From positions 186,001 through 250,000 of the forward strand of contig CAUYUJ010000214.1 in NCBI GenBank assembly GCA_963575745.1: a stretch of DNA of 64,000 nt. The letters are read 5' to 3'. Numbering within the stretch: the stretch's first letter is position 1; each line of letters opens with the position of its first letter. This document shows positions 1 through 13,164 of this stretch, one piece after another. This DNA comes from Prorocentrum cordatum. Taxonomy: Eukaryota. The position numbers and the translations under genes are program-made. Under the pieces are notes generated by a model. It did no database searches and was not told where the DNA came from. It saw only the letters and a list, made by a program, of their open reading frames with translations.

Positions 1-869
1 GAAGGGGGGGTGGGTCCTCGTGGGCAGGCGAGCGGCGGCGAGCCCCGCGCCTCGCGCCCTCGGCGCGCCGCCGCCGCCGCCGCCGTCCCCCCCCCCCGCT
101 CGCGCGTCGCGGCTTCGCGCGCGCGGGCCGCCTCCTCCTCCTCCTCCTCCTTCCCCTCCTCCTCCTCCTCCTCCTCCTCCTCCTCCTCCTCCTCCTCCTC
201 CTCCTCCTTCCGCCGCCAGACGGGGGTGGGGCTCTCCGAGGGTGCCTCTCTCGCAGGCGCCCGGCCTGGGAGCGGACTGCCCTGGCCCGGAGCTCGCGCG
301 GGCGGGGGGGGGCGGGAGAGGGCAGGGCCCATCGCGAGGCGAAGCGGCGTCACCCGACCACCGCTCAGGCCGTGCTCGAGTGGAGTCGGGCGGATATTTG
401 GGCCACGTGCACCTGAGGGTTCTGTCAACATAATGGGTGCGAGTGGCAGTTGGATGGGGATGGGGATGGTGAGGATGAGGAGCGGTCGCGCGCGCGCGGG
501 CCGCAACCGCCCGCCGCGGGGGGGTTCGAGGGTCTCCCTCGCCGACGCCAGGCGTGCCGCGCCGCTCCAGCTCCTCTCTTCCCCGGCCCCCTCGAGTCAC
601 GAAACAATCACGATGGGAGGTGTTGCCCTGTTTTCGGACCCTGGGGGCCCCCACTGGGTCTCGGGGTCGTCAACAAGCGACTCAGCATGAAAAGCTGGTC
701 CCAGGGAATGGGTCGAGGTCGTTATGAACAAATCATTATGTCGGGGTCTAGGTTCTCTCCTCCCTCAGACTCAAAGGCCTGGGGCTCTGGCGCCTCCCGG
801 GGTTCGCCGGAAGCTCTGCTCTGGGAGCGGACTGCCCTGGCCCTGATCTCGCGCGGACGGGGAGGATGA

Positions 870-1179
870 GAACTCGAGGTGGGATGATAGGGATGGTGAT
901 GGTGAGGATGCGGAGCTGGCCGACGACGGCCGATCATGCTGGTGATGGTCATGATGGTGATGTTGATGCTGCTGATGCTTCATGTAATAATGATGCTGTT
1001 GATGGTAGTGATAATGATGTTGATGAGGATGATGCTGCTGATGATGATGATGCTGCTGCTGATGATGATGCGATGCTTATGATGATGGTGAGGATGCTGA
1101 TGATGACGCTGATGATGCTGATGATGCATATGATGCTGCTGCTGATGATGCTACTGCTGCTGATGCTGATGATTTTGCT

Positions 1180-1227
<48 letters not shown>

Positions 1228-1600
1228 CGACTGCGACGGCGGCGATGCTGATGACGCTGGTGATGGTGAGGGGCATGATGATGATGCCGATGGGAATGAT
1301 GGTGAGGATGCTGATGACAATGATGGTGGTCGTTATTGTGTTCATGAGTATTATGCTTATGATCATTGTGGTGGTGGTTGTGATGGTGATGCGGACGATG
1401 AGGACGAGGATTATGCTCATGATTATGGTGGAGACGATGATAACGATGGTGATGATGGTAATGATTGAGGATCTGATGATAGTGATGGTGGTGATGGTGA
1501 CAATGCTCATGGCGATGACGATGGTGGTGAAGCGGGCGATAAGGATGAGGATGACGAGGGTGCTGATGCTGGAAGATGCTGGTGATGGCCATGACGATCA
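870..1600 (+). repeat. Degenerate (GAT)n microsatellite tract
   Basis: GAT triplets with single-base variants (GCT, GGT, GAC, GAG, AAT) and phase slips. Confidence 0.9.
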
Positions 1601-2088
1601 TGGCGCTGCTGCGACCCCCTCGCGTCGTGAGCACACCACCGCGCGGCGGGGGCCATCGGCCCTGAAGAGCTCACGCGGCCCCTCAGGGGCCGCCGGGGGT
1701 CGGCTGGCCGTTGCGAAACGACCAGCTCCGGGGAAGGGGTCGATGCCTCCAGGGTTTCGCGCTGTGGGAATCTGTGGCGCCGGGGCTCTGCGGGGGCAGG
1801 CGGGGGGTAGCCAGACACGACCGCGCCGTGAAGGGAGCACGGCGTGAGGGCTCTTCCACACGTCAGAGTGAGGGGGCCGAACGGTCATTCTCTGTCCCTG
1901 GGTGCGTGGCTGAAGTGGGATTCCCCGATGCGGATTCTTGTTGTCGTTGTTGTTGCTGTTGTTTGTTTGTTCCCTACCTAGGCTCTGCCTAGAAGGGTTC
2001 TTACCCTCTGTCTTAAAGGGCGGGGCAGTGGAAAGCGCCCCAGGCGGTTCCCCCGGCATCCGCCCCGCGGTTCCCCCAGTTACGTCCC

Positions 2089-2503
2089 CTTAGCTTAGCG
2101 TCGTTTATCTCATCTTAGCTTAGCTTACTTCATCTTAGCTTAGGTTAGCTTCATCTTAGCTCAGTTTTATCTTAGCTTAGCTTACCTTCATCTTAGCGTC
2201 GCTGAGCTTTAGCTTATCAGAGCGCAGCATATCATAGCATAGCATATCATAGCGCAGCACAGCATATCATAGCATAGCCCAGCAACTAGCTTAGCTTTAG
2301 CTTAGCTTTCGCTTAGCTTTAACTTAGCTTTAGCTTAGCTTTAGCTTAGCTTTAGCTTAGCTGTACTGTTACTACTAATGCTGCTTTCCTAGGGGCTCCA
2401 AGTCCTAGGTAAGGTCGCACTGGAATGATTTGTTTGTTTGTTTGTTTGTTTGTTTGTTTGTTTGTTCGTTCGTTCGTTCGTTCGTTCGTTCGTTCGTCGT
2501 TGT

Positions 2504-2544
<41 letters not shown>

Positions 2545-2545
2545 A
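2089..2545. repeat. Microsatellite cluster (TTAGC)n/(TAGCA)n followed by (TTTG)n-(TTCG)n-(GTT)n
   Basis: Directly visible penta-, tetra- and trinucleotide runs. Confidence 0.9.
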
Positions 2546-3304
2546 ACATTATTAATTCTAAAGAATAATTATTGTTGGGGCCCCTGGTGCACGGCCCCCC
2601 TGCGCCGCCTAGGCCGCAGCTACATTTTCATCATTTTCGTGAGGAAGCCTCAGGTAATACGATGTCATCAAGATCCGGTTGTTTTGTTGTAATCCGTTTT
2701 CCCTTGCAAAAAACACTATAAAATGACATTTCTTGTTCTAATATAATCAAATTTCAAGAATCCCTTGCAAAAAATAAGGTAAAGTGGACATTCGCGCGCG
2801 CAAGACGAAATCCTTCCAAAAGCTTAGTGTTCGGAGCGATTTTAACATAAAAACATCAAAAAACCAATGGTTTTTCAACAAAAAAATGTCAAAATCTCAT
2901 CCCGCGCGCTCTTGCGGATTCGTAGGAAACCCAACACTTTTTAAACATTTCTGTCAAACGGGCTTTTGCGAGCAACTTTTTCGAACTTCTGCGACAACGG
3001 TTGCGCACCTGCCAGGGCCATCATCCCTGTCAAATAATACCATGCGGGACACATTCGTTTTTTCTTCGCGCGCGCACGCCGTCGTCGTCGGCCGCGGGGC
3101 CCTGAATAGTAGCCACGGTCGTCCGCATGCCACGAAGTGAAGTGTCCGAACGTCATAGGGCGGGAAGCTGGGTGTGGGTGGTGGCGAAGAGTCGTTTGGA
3201 AATTTGGTAGAGCTTGAACCGGCCCCCCCACAAAGTGGGGGTATTGCCCGCCTCCTATGAAAACCCTGGCACTGGTGAGAACGGAGTGTCCCCACGTGCT
3301 AGTA

Positions 3305-3335
<31 letters not shown>

Positions 3336-5104
3336 AAGATTATTACTTCTAAAGAATAATTATTGTTGGGGCCCCTGGTGCACGACCCCCCCGCCGCGCC
3401 TAGGCCGCAGCCTCATTTTCATCATTTTCGTGAGGAAGTCTCAGGCAAAACGGGTTGGTCCGGATCCGGTTGTGTTGTTACGATCGGTTTTCCCTTGCAA
3501 AAAATAAGCTAAAGTGGACATTTCTTGTTCTAACATAACCAAACTTCAAGAATCCCTTGCAAAAAATAAGGTAAAGTGGACATTCGCGCGCGCAAGACGA
3601 AATCCTTCCAAAACCTTAGTTTTCGTAGCGATTTTAACATAAAAACATCAAAAAACCAATGGTTTTTCAAAAAAAAAATGTCAAAATTTCATCCCGCGCG
3701 CTCTTGCGGATTCGTAGGAAACCCAACACTTTTTAAACATTTCTGTCAAACGGGCTTTTGCGAGCAACTTTTTCGAACTTCTGCAACAACGGTTGCGCAC
3801 CTGCCAGGGCCATCATCCCTGTCAAATAATACCATGCGGGACACATTCGTTTTTTCTTCGCGCGCGCACGCCGTCGTCGTCGGCCGCGGGGCCCTGAATA
3901 GTAGCCACGGTCGTCCGCATGCCACGAAGTGAAGTGTCCGAACGTCATAGGGCGGGAAGCTGGGTGTGGGTGGTGGCGAAGAGTCGTTTGGAAATTTGGT
4001 AGAGCTTGAACCGGCCCCCCCACAAAGTGGGGGTATTGCCCGCCTCCTATGAAAACCCTGGCACTGGTGAGAACGGAGTGTCCCCACGTGCTAGTAATTG
4101 TTGTTGTTGTTGAACATTATTAATTCTAAAGAATAATTATTGTTGGGCCCCCTGGTGCGCGCCCCCCCCGCGCCGCCTAGGCCGCAGCTACATTTTCATC
4201 ATTTTCGTGAGGAAGCCTCAGGTCGAGATCAAGATCCGGTTGTTTTGTTGTAATCCGTTTTCCCTTGCAAAAAACACTATAAAATGACATTTCTTGTTCT
4301 AATATAATCAAATTTCAAGAATCCCTTGCAAAAAATAAGGTAAAGTGGACATTCGCGCGCGCAAGACGAAATCCTTCCAAAAGCTTAGTGTTCGGAGCGA
4401 TTTTAACATAAAAACATCAAAAAACCAATGGTTTTTCAACAAAAAAATGTCAAAATCTCATCCCGCGCGCTCTTGCGGATTCGTAGGAAACCCAACACTT
4501 TTTAAACATTTCTGTCAAACGGGCTTTTGCGAGCAACTTTTTCGAACTTCTGCGACAACGGTTGCGCACCTGCCAGGGCCATCATCCCTGTCAAATAATA
4601 CCATGCGGGACACATTCGTTTTTTCTTCGCGCGCGCACGCCGAAATCTCCAAAAACCATTGGGCTTCTTAAGAATTTTAGCACCGCGCATCATAAAATCA
4701 CACGAATCGCACCGTAGGTCCTCGAAAAACACCTGCACGACTTTTCAAAATTTCTACCCGCGCGCGCTGTCCGAATCCTAAAAAAAACAATGGTTTTTCC
4801 AAAAACCAGTATAGGTGTCCAGTGTTGGAACAGGGGGAAAAGTCGTATACTAAGCTAGCGTCCAGAAAATGTTACCACAACAAGTCACTGTACCCATGCG
4901 CCAGTGTAGTAGCCACGGTCGTCCGCAGGCCACGAAGTGAAGTGTCCGAACGTCATAGGGCGGGAAGCTGGGTGTGGGTGGTGGCGAAGAGTCGTTTGGA
5001 AATGTGGTAGAGCTTGAACCGGCCCCCCCACAAAGTGGGGGTATTGGCGGGCGTCGTATGAAAACCCTGGCACTGGTGAGAACACTGAGCGTTCGGGTAA
5101 AGTG

Positions 5105-5105
<1 letters not shown>
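2544..5105 (+). mobile_element. Head-to-tail array of three ~770-790-bp units separated by (GTT)n; possible non-autonomous rolling-circle (Helitron-like) element
   Basis: Near-identical copies offset by 792 and 769 bp (e.g. 2784/3576/4345). Units 1 and 2 end ...CACGTGCTAG|T. Unit 3 has a replaced interior (~4642-4905) and a different end. Confidence 0.6.
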
Positions 5106-5144
<39 letters not shown>

Positions 5145-5154
5145 GGCGTTGTCC

Positions 5155-5410
5155 CCCCCGCGACCTGGCCCGCGACCCACCCGCTACCCACCGGCGACCC
5201 ACCCTGCGACACACCCCGCGACCCACCCGCGACCCACCCCGCGCCCACCCGCGACCCACCCCGCGACCCACCCTGCGACCCACCCCGCGACCCACCCTGC
5301 GACCCACCCCGCGACCCGCCCCGCGACCCACCCACGACCCACCCGAGACCCACCCGCGACCTTGCCCGCGACCGACCCGCCACCCACCCGCGACCCACCC
5401 TGCGACCCAC
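5155..5410. repeat. 12-bp minisatellite (GCGACCCACCCY)n
   Basis: About 20 direct copies. Confidence 0.9.
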
Positions 5411-5704
5411 TCACGTTGCCTTAACGAAAAAATCGGCACCTGCGGCGGGCTCACTGCATTATTTTGTAAAAGTTCGGCGCCTGCGGCGGGCTTCTTCAGA
5501 GCCTCGCAGACTGCAGACGTCCTCACCGCCCCCTCTCTCTTCTCCGCAACTGTGGGGTGCTACGTATTTTCAGTCTCCAGGGGCCCTCGCCAGGCCTCGG
5601 GACCGTCTACAAAAACGACTCTGGATGAGAAACCGTCCCTGGGGGGAGGGGCGGCTTTCCGAGGACTCCGTATTTAAAACATCAAGACATTGAGTGTTTG
5701 GGTA

Positions 5705-6051
5705 CAGTCAACCCGCACAGTAAGGATGAGCAACCTTCCCAAGGCTACATACCCTTGCATCCTCGCCCCTTCGGCCTATATCCTTGGCCGCTTTCGTTGT
5801 CCGCGCCACGCTCGCAAAACGTCGGCATGGCCCTTCGAGGAGGCCCCTGCATCCTTCTCCTGCGTTCTTCTATTACGGTGGGGGCGTTCGTTAAGGAATG
5901 TGCCCAGGAGGCTTTAGACCCTGGAGGGTTCCTCATCTGAGGAGGGCGGCGAGGATACCCATCCCCGATTCGAGCTCCACCGGGTGCCAGACCCCGGGTT
6001 CCCTATCCAAGGGTTCCTTGTCCAGTGCCTCCACCGTGTACGGGTGGACTG
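5705..6051. mobile_element. Tc1/mariner-type MITE (family H)
   Basis: TA|CAGTCAACCCGCAC ... GTACGGGTGGACTG|CA terminal inverted repeats; related starts at 6264 and ~36317. Confidence 0.65.
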
Positions 6052-6278
6052 CACTCGGGCAGAGGACGCGAGCCATTGGCCGCGTCGGGGCTCTGGGGGA
6101 AGGGGGGGGGGGTGCAGAGGAGCAGGCGAGGCCGGTGCACACCGGGGCCAAGGGCCGAGGCCCTGCTCGGGCCGGGGCGGCGGCGCAGGCCGAGGCTGCC
6201 CACGGGGGGGCAGGGGGGAGGAGCGCGATGCGGGGGAGGGGGGGCGGAGGAAGGAGATGACTACAGTCAGCCCGCATA

Positions 6279-6574
6279 CACAGCCGTGACAAAAGTTTCT
6301 TCACTTTGCTATGATGAGGATCTCTCCGATCCCCCTCAAGATTCCTAACGTGACATGATGGTGGGCCATTCGGCGGAGTAGTTTCCGATCCCGGGGACGT
6401 TAATAACTCTGTTACCCCCAAACGGGATCGGAAACTACTCCGCGCCAAACCATATAACTTATCGAGCGGGATGCGATGGCGCGCGGAGTAGTTTTAGTAA
6501 AACTACTCCGAACTACTCCGTACGAGCGCGTCATTCCAAAAGGCAGATTGAAAGAAACTTTTGTCACGGCGATG
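6279..6574. mobile_element. TA-flanked MITE nested inside a second family-H copy
   Basis: TIRs CACAGCCGTGACAAAAGTTTCT / AGAAACTTTTGTCACGGCGATG with TA on both sides. Removing it restores a sequence colinear with the copy at 5705. Confidence 0.8.
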
Positions 6575-9106
6575 TAGCAAGGATGGGCAACCTTCCCAAG
6601 AGGGCACCCTCGCATCCTCGCCTCCTCGGTCCACCCCTGGCCGCTTTCGTCGGCCGCGCCCCGCTCGAGAAGCTTCGAGATGGGCGTCCACGGCCCTTTC
6701 ATCCTGATCGCGCGTCCTTGCTATACGGGGTGATTGTTTGGGAAGGGGTAGGGTGGAGGAAGGGGGACGGGGAGGAATGGAAAGGAGGGGGAGAAAGAGG
6801 CCGGGGGAGGAGACGAGCGCAACAGCTCACCGCTGCGCCCCCGTCTTCGGTGATGCGTTGGTCGAGCAGAGTGTCGGAGACGCGTCGGGATCAGGCACTT
6901 TACAGAGTCCATGAATTCGGCGGACCTGGCGCATTCTGATTCTGTTGGGCACCAGTCGGCCCAGGGATACTCCTGATGGTCCCCCTTCCTGGTCCCTTTG
7001 TTCATTCGCTCGCCCTGACGGCCTGCGTATCCAGGTCGGCTGTCCACTCCTCGATCTCTTGCTCTCCTTTGACGTTCTGACTCCAGATCCTCAGCGCTGG
7101 TGGCAGTGTGACATCTTCCGTTCTGACTGCTGCTCACGTGTTATTCTCTGCGTGGGTGGTAGTGCGACATGTTCCGCTCTGACTACTGCTCACGTGTGGG
7201 ACGCCTGTCGGATGATTGCGCCGTCTTGTAAGCCACGGGGGCACGTAACAGAAGCACGCTCTCCCCGTGGCAACAGCCAACCAAAGACAGCTCATCACTG
7301 ACAATGCTGTCTTTTCTGTGCCTTGGGGGTATTGTCGGGTTTCAACGTCCCCCGAGGAGCAGCAGAGTGAAGAAGAGAACCTTTCTCTTCTCCGACGTCG
7401 AGCGCTCCTCGTGACCTGGGGCCACAGGGGTCTCGGCCCCCTTCTCCCAGGCCAGCTCCTCGTCCCGATTGTTTGTGAGGGCAGCGGGGCCCCAGAGCGG
7501 GCTCCCGCGGCCGAAAAACGTCGAAGGGACTGTGGCGGTGGACCTGCGCGGTGCGGCCCCGAGCCCTTGCCTCCGGCGGCCTCGGCGGCCTCGGCGGCGC
7601 TCGGGGGCCTCCCCGCCGGGGGCGGTGACCAGGCCGCGTGGCGAGAGCTGGGATTCGATTCTGGGAGCGCCTCACGGCTCTGGGACTCGGGGGGCGTTGC
7701 GAGGGGCATGCTGGAGGCCCCGCGCAGCACGCAAGCGCTGCATTCTTTTGGCCACCTGTCCGCTCCGTGCGATGCGTGCCGACGTCCGCGCGGCGGCGTT
7801 CCGGCGCAGGTCCGACGTGCACCCGGCGTACATCCGACGTGAGCTGGGCCTCAGCTTGCCGCGTGAGGCCTCCAGGGTTTTTCTCACAGGGGTCGCTCTC
7901 CGAGGGCGTCTCGGGTCGACTGGGGCCTCCGAGGTCCCCAGAGCCGTGCGGTGGCGCACCGCGCGGTGAGGTCCTCGGGGGATTCCGAGGTGGCACCGCG
8001 CGGCCCGTCACCTCACGGTCTCGGGGAGCCCCGAAGACCCTGGCGGCCACGGCGTGGCGGGCTGCAGCCAGTACATTTTGCGACTCCACGCGACGGTGGC
8101 TGAGCGTGGGAGGTCTTTAGTTTTGCTCCCCCCCTGTTTCTCTCGGCGGGGAATAAAAACTCGTCCTATATCTTCCTTCTGCTCCTCCTGCTCCTCCTGC
8201 TTCTCCTGCTCCTCCTGCTCCTCCTGCTCCTCCTCCTCCTCCTCCTCCTCCTCCTCCTCCTCCTCCCTCTCCTCCTCCTCCTCCTCCTCCTCCTCCTCCT
8301 CCTCCTCCTCCTCCTCCTCCTCCTCCTCCTCCTGGTCTTCCTCCTGCTCCTCCTCGTCTCAGTCATAAGGAGGAGGAGCAGGAGGAGCAGGATAAGGAGA
8401 AGGCTGAATCATTCATTTCCGCTATTGGTGGGCTCCAGTCCGCCAATAAGGGCGTCGAAACGATACTTAGTATCCACTTGGGGGGTTCTAAAGACCTATC
8501 TCGGTTATGTGCTCATTGTGCATTCGTACTCAGCATTTTGCTTGAAGACCCTGCTGGCGCCTCGCGCGCGATTTCTGCTCTCGCTCTCCTCACCCCACCG
8601 TCGCCGCGGCCGCGTGCGCGCGCAGCACGGACGCCCCCCGGCAGCCGCCCAGCGTGCTCCTCTTCGCGCAGCAGGCCCGCCCGCGCTGCCTGCAAAGGGG
8701 ACTGGATGCAGCAGCACAACCAGCAGCAAGAGCCACCCTGATAGCACCGCACAGGCGGAGGCCGCGCCCTGCTTGTCAGGCAGCGCACGCCGCCACCGTG
8801 TTCAGGCATAGGTCCACTCAGCAGAGCGGTCCTCCTCCTGTTGAGCAGGAGAGGGGGGGACGTGGAGGAGGAAGCGGAACATTGTCCCCCCCCTCTTCTT
8901 GGCGCCGGCCCCTCGCCCGCTGCTCGCTCCTCCTGCTTATCCTGCTGCTCCTGCTTCTCGTTTCTGTTCGGCCTCTCGCTCTGCGGTAGCTCGGGCCTCG
9001 AACGCGGAGACCCCCGCTCGAAGTCGCCGCGCCCGCTGTGGCACTGCCTCCGCGCCATCGCTGAATGACCTATGCCTGACCCCAGCCCATGGGCCTCTGC
9101 GCCGCT

Positions 9107-9620
9107 GGAGGTGGAGGAGGAGGAGGAGGAGGAGGAGGAGGAGGAGGAGGAGGAGGAGGAGGAGGAGGAGGAGGAGGAGGAGGAGGAGGAGGAAGGGAGG
9201 AGGAGGAGGAGGAGGGGAGAGGAGGGAGGAGGAGGAGGAGGAGGAGGAGGAGGAGGAGAAGGAGAAGGAGAAGGAGGATGAGGAGTCGTAGTCGGAGTCG
9301 GATTCGGAGTCGGAGTCGGAGCCGGAGTCGGAACGAGAGGAGTCGGAATCAGAGGAGGAGGAGGAGAAGGAGGAGGAGGAGGAGAAGGAGGATGAGGAGT
9401 CGGATTCGGAGTCGGAGTCGGAGTCGGAGCCGGAGTCGGAACGAGAGTCGGAGTCGGAGCCGGAGCCGGAGCCGGAGTCGGAACGAGAGTCGGAGTCGGA
9501 GCCGGAGCCGGAGTCGGAGTCGGAGTCAGAGGAGTCAGAGGAGGAGGAGTCAGAGGAGGAGGAGGAGGAGGAGGAGGAGGAGGAGGAGGAGGAGGAGGAG
9601 GAGGAGGAGGAGGAGAGGAA
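9107..9620 (+). repeat. (GAG)n tract with embedded (GGAGTC)n hexamer repeat
   Basis: Directly visible. Confidence 0.9.
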
Positions 9621-10459
9621 GCTGAGGCGGACGGCGGAGGAGGTGGGAGGAGGGAAGCGAGGAGGAGGACGAGGAGGAAGCTCCCGCGCTCGAGCCGAAC
9701 CGAGCTGCGCAGCTCCGGTCCGCTGCTGCGCACGGCACCCACCGGGCCTCCCCGTGGACGCGCCCCCGCCGCCGCCGCCTCGCCGCTGCTGCCGCTGCTG
9801 CCACAGGTGCCAGCCCTGCTGCTCCGCAGCGGGCCATCCGCCAGTTCCCCGAGGGGGGACCCCACCGTGCCCCCCCTCCCGCGTCGCCGATGTGTGGGCA
9901 GCGTGCAGGGTTCGATGGGGGGATGGGCTCCTGGGGAGAAGGGTTCGGCCTCGAGGTTAGAGGTTTTCGGGCGTCTTCGTAGGTTCTCGGCGTTTGTCCC
10001 GCCTCGGGCCGCTTTCCGGCAGCTGCGCCTGGCCGAGGGCGTTCCGGGGGCGGCCGGATCATCCCGAACTGTCGCCAGAGATTCGGGCTACGACCTGGGG
10101 GGCAGGCTCAGGGGGAGATGCATCGACCCCCAATCGCTAATCGTCCATTGTTCGCCGACAGGGGCCTGATATCCCACCCCGCCCTGGAGCGTGAGGACTC
10201 GCTATCGGGGGCCTATCGGCGATCTGTCGGCGATGTATCGCTGAGACCAGGTCGATGCTTCCGCTCCTGATCCGGTCCCTCCCAGAGGCTGTCGAGATGT
10301 CCAGGGACCCCCTGGTGAACAGATCAAGGCATCGCAGGTCTGGGTATAATTACGGGAACTGTTGACGCTTCGCGAATCCCCACCAGCCCATCCAGAAACG
10401 ATGCCCAGAGGAATTGTCTCGATCAGGGAAGTGGGCAGCACGCATATGAAGCCATTCTG

Positions 10460-11440
10460 AAACATCTTGGGATATCTTGAGCCATCTTAGAGGTCATTTT
10501 GGGCTCTCCCAGGCGCTCTTGATCTTAATCAGTGCCCCCCCAAGAGGTCAACATGTGGCTAAAACCTCCGTAAAATCAATGATTTGGCATTCTCGCCGAG
10601 GCCTCTTGGAGCATCTTGGGTGCCCCTGGGGGGTCTCTTGGGGCCTCTTGGGGGTCTCTTGGGGGCCTCCTGGGAGCCTCTTGGGGGCCTCTTGGGGCCA
10701 TCTTGGGGCCATCTTGGGACGTCTTGGGGCCTCCTGGGCGCTTCTTGGGGCCGTCTTGGAGGAGATCGATCAAACAAGAGGGGAGCTTTAAGTAGGGTCC
10801 CCCCCCCAGCAGGCCAAGATGGGGTCCAAACCTCAGTCAAACCAATGATTTTGGCTTCCTCGCCGAGGCTTCTTGGAGCATCTTGGGTGCCTCTGGGGGG
10901 TCTCTCGGGGCCTCTTGGGGGTCTCTTGGGGGCCTCCTGGGAGCCTCTTGGGGGCCTCTTGGGGTCATCTTGGGGCCATCTTGGGACCTCTCGGGGCCTC
11001 CTGGGCGCTTCTCGGGGCCATCTTGGAGGAGATCGATCAAACAAGAGGGGAGCTTTAAGTAGGGTCCCCCCCCCCAGGAGGCCAAAATGGGCCCAAAACC
11101 TTTGTCAAACCAATGATTTTGGCTTCCTCGCCGAGGCCGTTTTGGCATTCTCGCCGAGGCCTCTTGGAGCATCTTGGGTGCCTCTGGGGGGTCTCTTGGG
11201 GCCTCTTGGGGGTCTCTTGGGGGACTCCTGGGGGCCTCTTGGGGGCCTCATTGGGTCTTCTTGGGGCCATCTTGGGACCATCTTGGGGCCCTCCTGGGCG
11301 CTTCTTGGGGCCGTCTTGGAGGAGATCGATCAAACAAGAGGGGAGCTTCAATTAGGGTCCTCCCCCCAGGAGGCCAAAATGGGGCCAAAACCGTAGTACA
11401 ACCAATGATTTTGGCTTCCTCGCCGAGGCCGTTTTGGACG
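10460..11440. repeat. 11-bp (CTCTTGGGGGC-like) minisatellite in ~270-295-bp higher-order units; related patch at ~62030-62160
   Basis: Landmark GGAGATCGATCAAACAAGAGGGGAGCTT recurs near 10761, 11027 and 11321. Confidence 0.85.
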
Positions 11441-11707
11441 CCCTGACACCTCGCGAGGCCCCCTGTCCAGGTCCATGGGGAGGGGGTAGGGGGACGGGTA
11501 AACCCCTCTCCGAAGGGGAAGAAGGAGGGGTGGAAGAGGAAACTCCCTAAACCACCGACGCCCAGAGGGCTGGTGGGATTCCGCGGGAGGATCTGCGCTG
11601 ATAGTTGCCAACATACTTCAGGTGCAGGTGCTGCTCCTCAAGCGCTGGGAGGGGGAGGGAGAGGGATAGGACGAGTATGCCGCACTGGCGCCGTGCTTCG
11701 GGAAGTA

Positions 11708-11885
11708 CAGTCGGGGCGCTGAAGAAGGAACCCTTTTCGCTGGGAAGGGGCTCGGTGTTCTTCGATTGTTTCAAAGTTTGCCTCGGGTTTTCCCGAGGGT
11801 TTCCATCGGAAATCGAGGTTGAACTTATGGGAAAAATAGGGGCCTCGTTCCTTATTTAGGGTTCCTTAGGTCAACGCCTCGACTG
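11708..11885. mobile_element. Tc1/mariner (pogo-like) MITE, family G copy 1
   Basis: TA|CAGTCGGGGCGCTGA ... TCAACGCCTCGACTG|TA; homologous copy at 34079. Confidence 0.8.
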
Positions 11886-12069
11886 TAGCTGCCTTCCCCG
11901 ATCCACGGACTCCTGAGCTCCACCTTCGCGCGTGCCCGAGAATGCGCGCACTTGCAGGCACGGATAGGGGCGAGACCCCGCGCGGGGCGCGGGGCGTCTG
12001 CCACCCAACCCCGCCCGCCGTGGGCTCGCGGGCCTCTCCGGGCAGCAGAGGGGGGGACGAGAGTCACCG

Positions 12070-12222
12070 CCCATCAAACCACCCCAACCCAACCCGAAGG
12101 CCACGATTTGTCCTCCATTTCCAGTGGGGGGGGGTCGGGAAACATCGAAAAAACACATGAAGCCCGTACCCCCCCCAACCCGAAATTCGGGTCTTCGGGT
12201 TGGGTTGGGGTGGTCTGGTAGG
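12070..12222. mobile_element. Foldback/MITE with ~40-bp imperfect TIRs
   Basis: ACCACCCCAACCCAACCCGAAG ... CTTCGGGTTGGGTTGGGGTGGT. Confidence 0.65.
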
Positions 12223-12322
12223 TAGTCAGAGAGGGAGAGGGGCGATCATCGCCGGACATCTCCTCGAAAGTTGTGGTCGTGCCCGGCTGAAGGTCTTAAA
12301 AAGCTTGGACGGTGTAGGTCTC

Positions 12323-12525
12323 GGCCTTCCAGGTGGGGTCGGAGCGGTTGGGGTCGGAGGATCGCGCCGCATCGCCGACGCATCGCCGATGCGGCTCGAT
12401 GTGGAGCCCGGTTTGCTTCACGTCGACGTCGCCGAGGCACCGCAAGCATTGACGATGCGTCGCTGGTGCATCGCGATCTGGCGCGATCCTCCGACCCCAT
12501 CCACTCGGACCCCATCTAGGTGGCC
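12323..12525. mobile_element. MITE family B copy 1
   Basis: TIR core GGGGTCGGAG...GGGGTCGGAGGATCGCGCC / GGCGCGATCCTCCGACCCC; copies at 38399 and 39336. Confidence 0.75.
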
Positions 12526-13042
12526 TCTAGGAGGGCGGTTCCTTTTCGACGTGGGGTAGGCCCATGGGGCGGTCGTCTTCCAAGGGGGGGGGGACTTTCC
12601 GCAAAGGGAGTGCCTGCAGAGCCTTGTGATGAGGGGACTGGGGACTCGACGGTGTATTCCAGCATCCCTGATGCACCTTGTGCTTACTCTGGTCACCTGC
12701 CTCTTCGTCCTGATCCTAGCTCCTACCTCTCGCTCCCTCTCTCTCTCTCTTTCTCTCTCCGTCTCTCTTTCTCATCCATCCTCCCTTTTTGCCCCCCCCC
12801 CCCCCCCCGCCCCTCCTCTCCCCCCCCTCTCCTTTCTCCCTCCCTCTCTCTCTCGCCCTCTCTCGCCCTCTCTCGCTCGCTCGCTGCCTCTCCCTTCCTC
12901 TCCCTTCCTCCCTCCCTTCTCCCCCGCCTCTTCCCAGAACTCCGACGACGCCTCCCTCCCTTGTCGAGCCTCGGGGCCCTGGACACCTTGGGACCCCCTC
13001 GCCCGAGTCCTTCCCTGATGCTCCCCGGTCGCTCTTTCTCAT

Positions 13043-13164
13043 CTCGGCATCGCTCGGACGTGTGCGTTTTTTTCCTCGGCGAGGACCATCGAGGAACATC
13101 CTTGATCATTTGGCGAAAACACCACGCACGAAACCGAACGATGGCGAGTCCGAGCGTTGGCGAG
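13043..13164. mobile_element. MITE family F copy 1
   Basis: TIR CTCGGCATCGCTCGGAC / GTCCGAGCGTTGGCGAG; second copy at 18612-18742. Confidence 0.7.

Noticed and set aside
3195..3235. tRNA-like motifs (TGGTAGAGC; GGTTCAAG on the opposite strand)
   Set aside because: The motifs are on opposite strands and overlap; no cloverleaf can be built.
2784..3932. Repeated 118-aa ORFs in the 790-bp units
   Set aside because: GTG starts, no domain, and identical only because the DNA is duplicated.
10477..10490. Second SL relic (CTTGAGCCA on plus strand)
   Set aside because: Only 9 nt match, and it lies within the TCTTGGGGCCA satellite.
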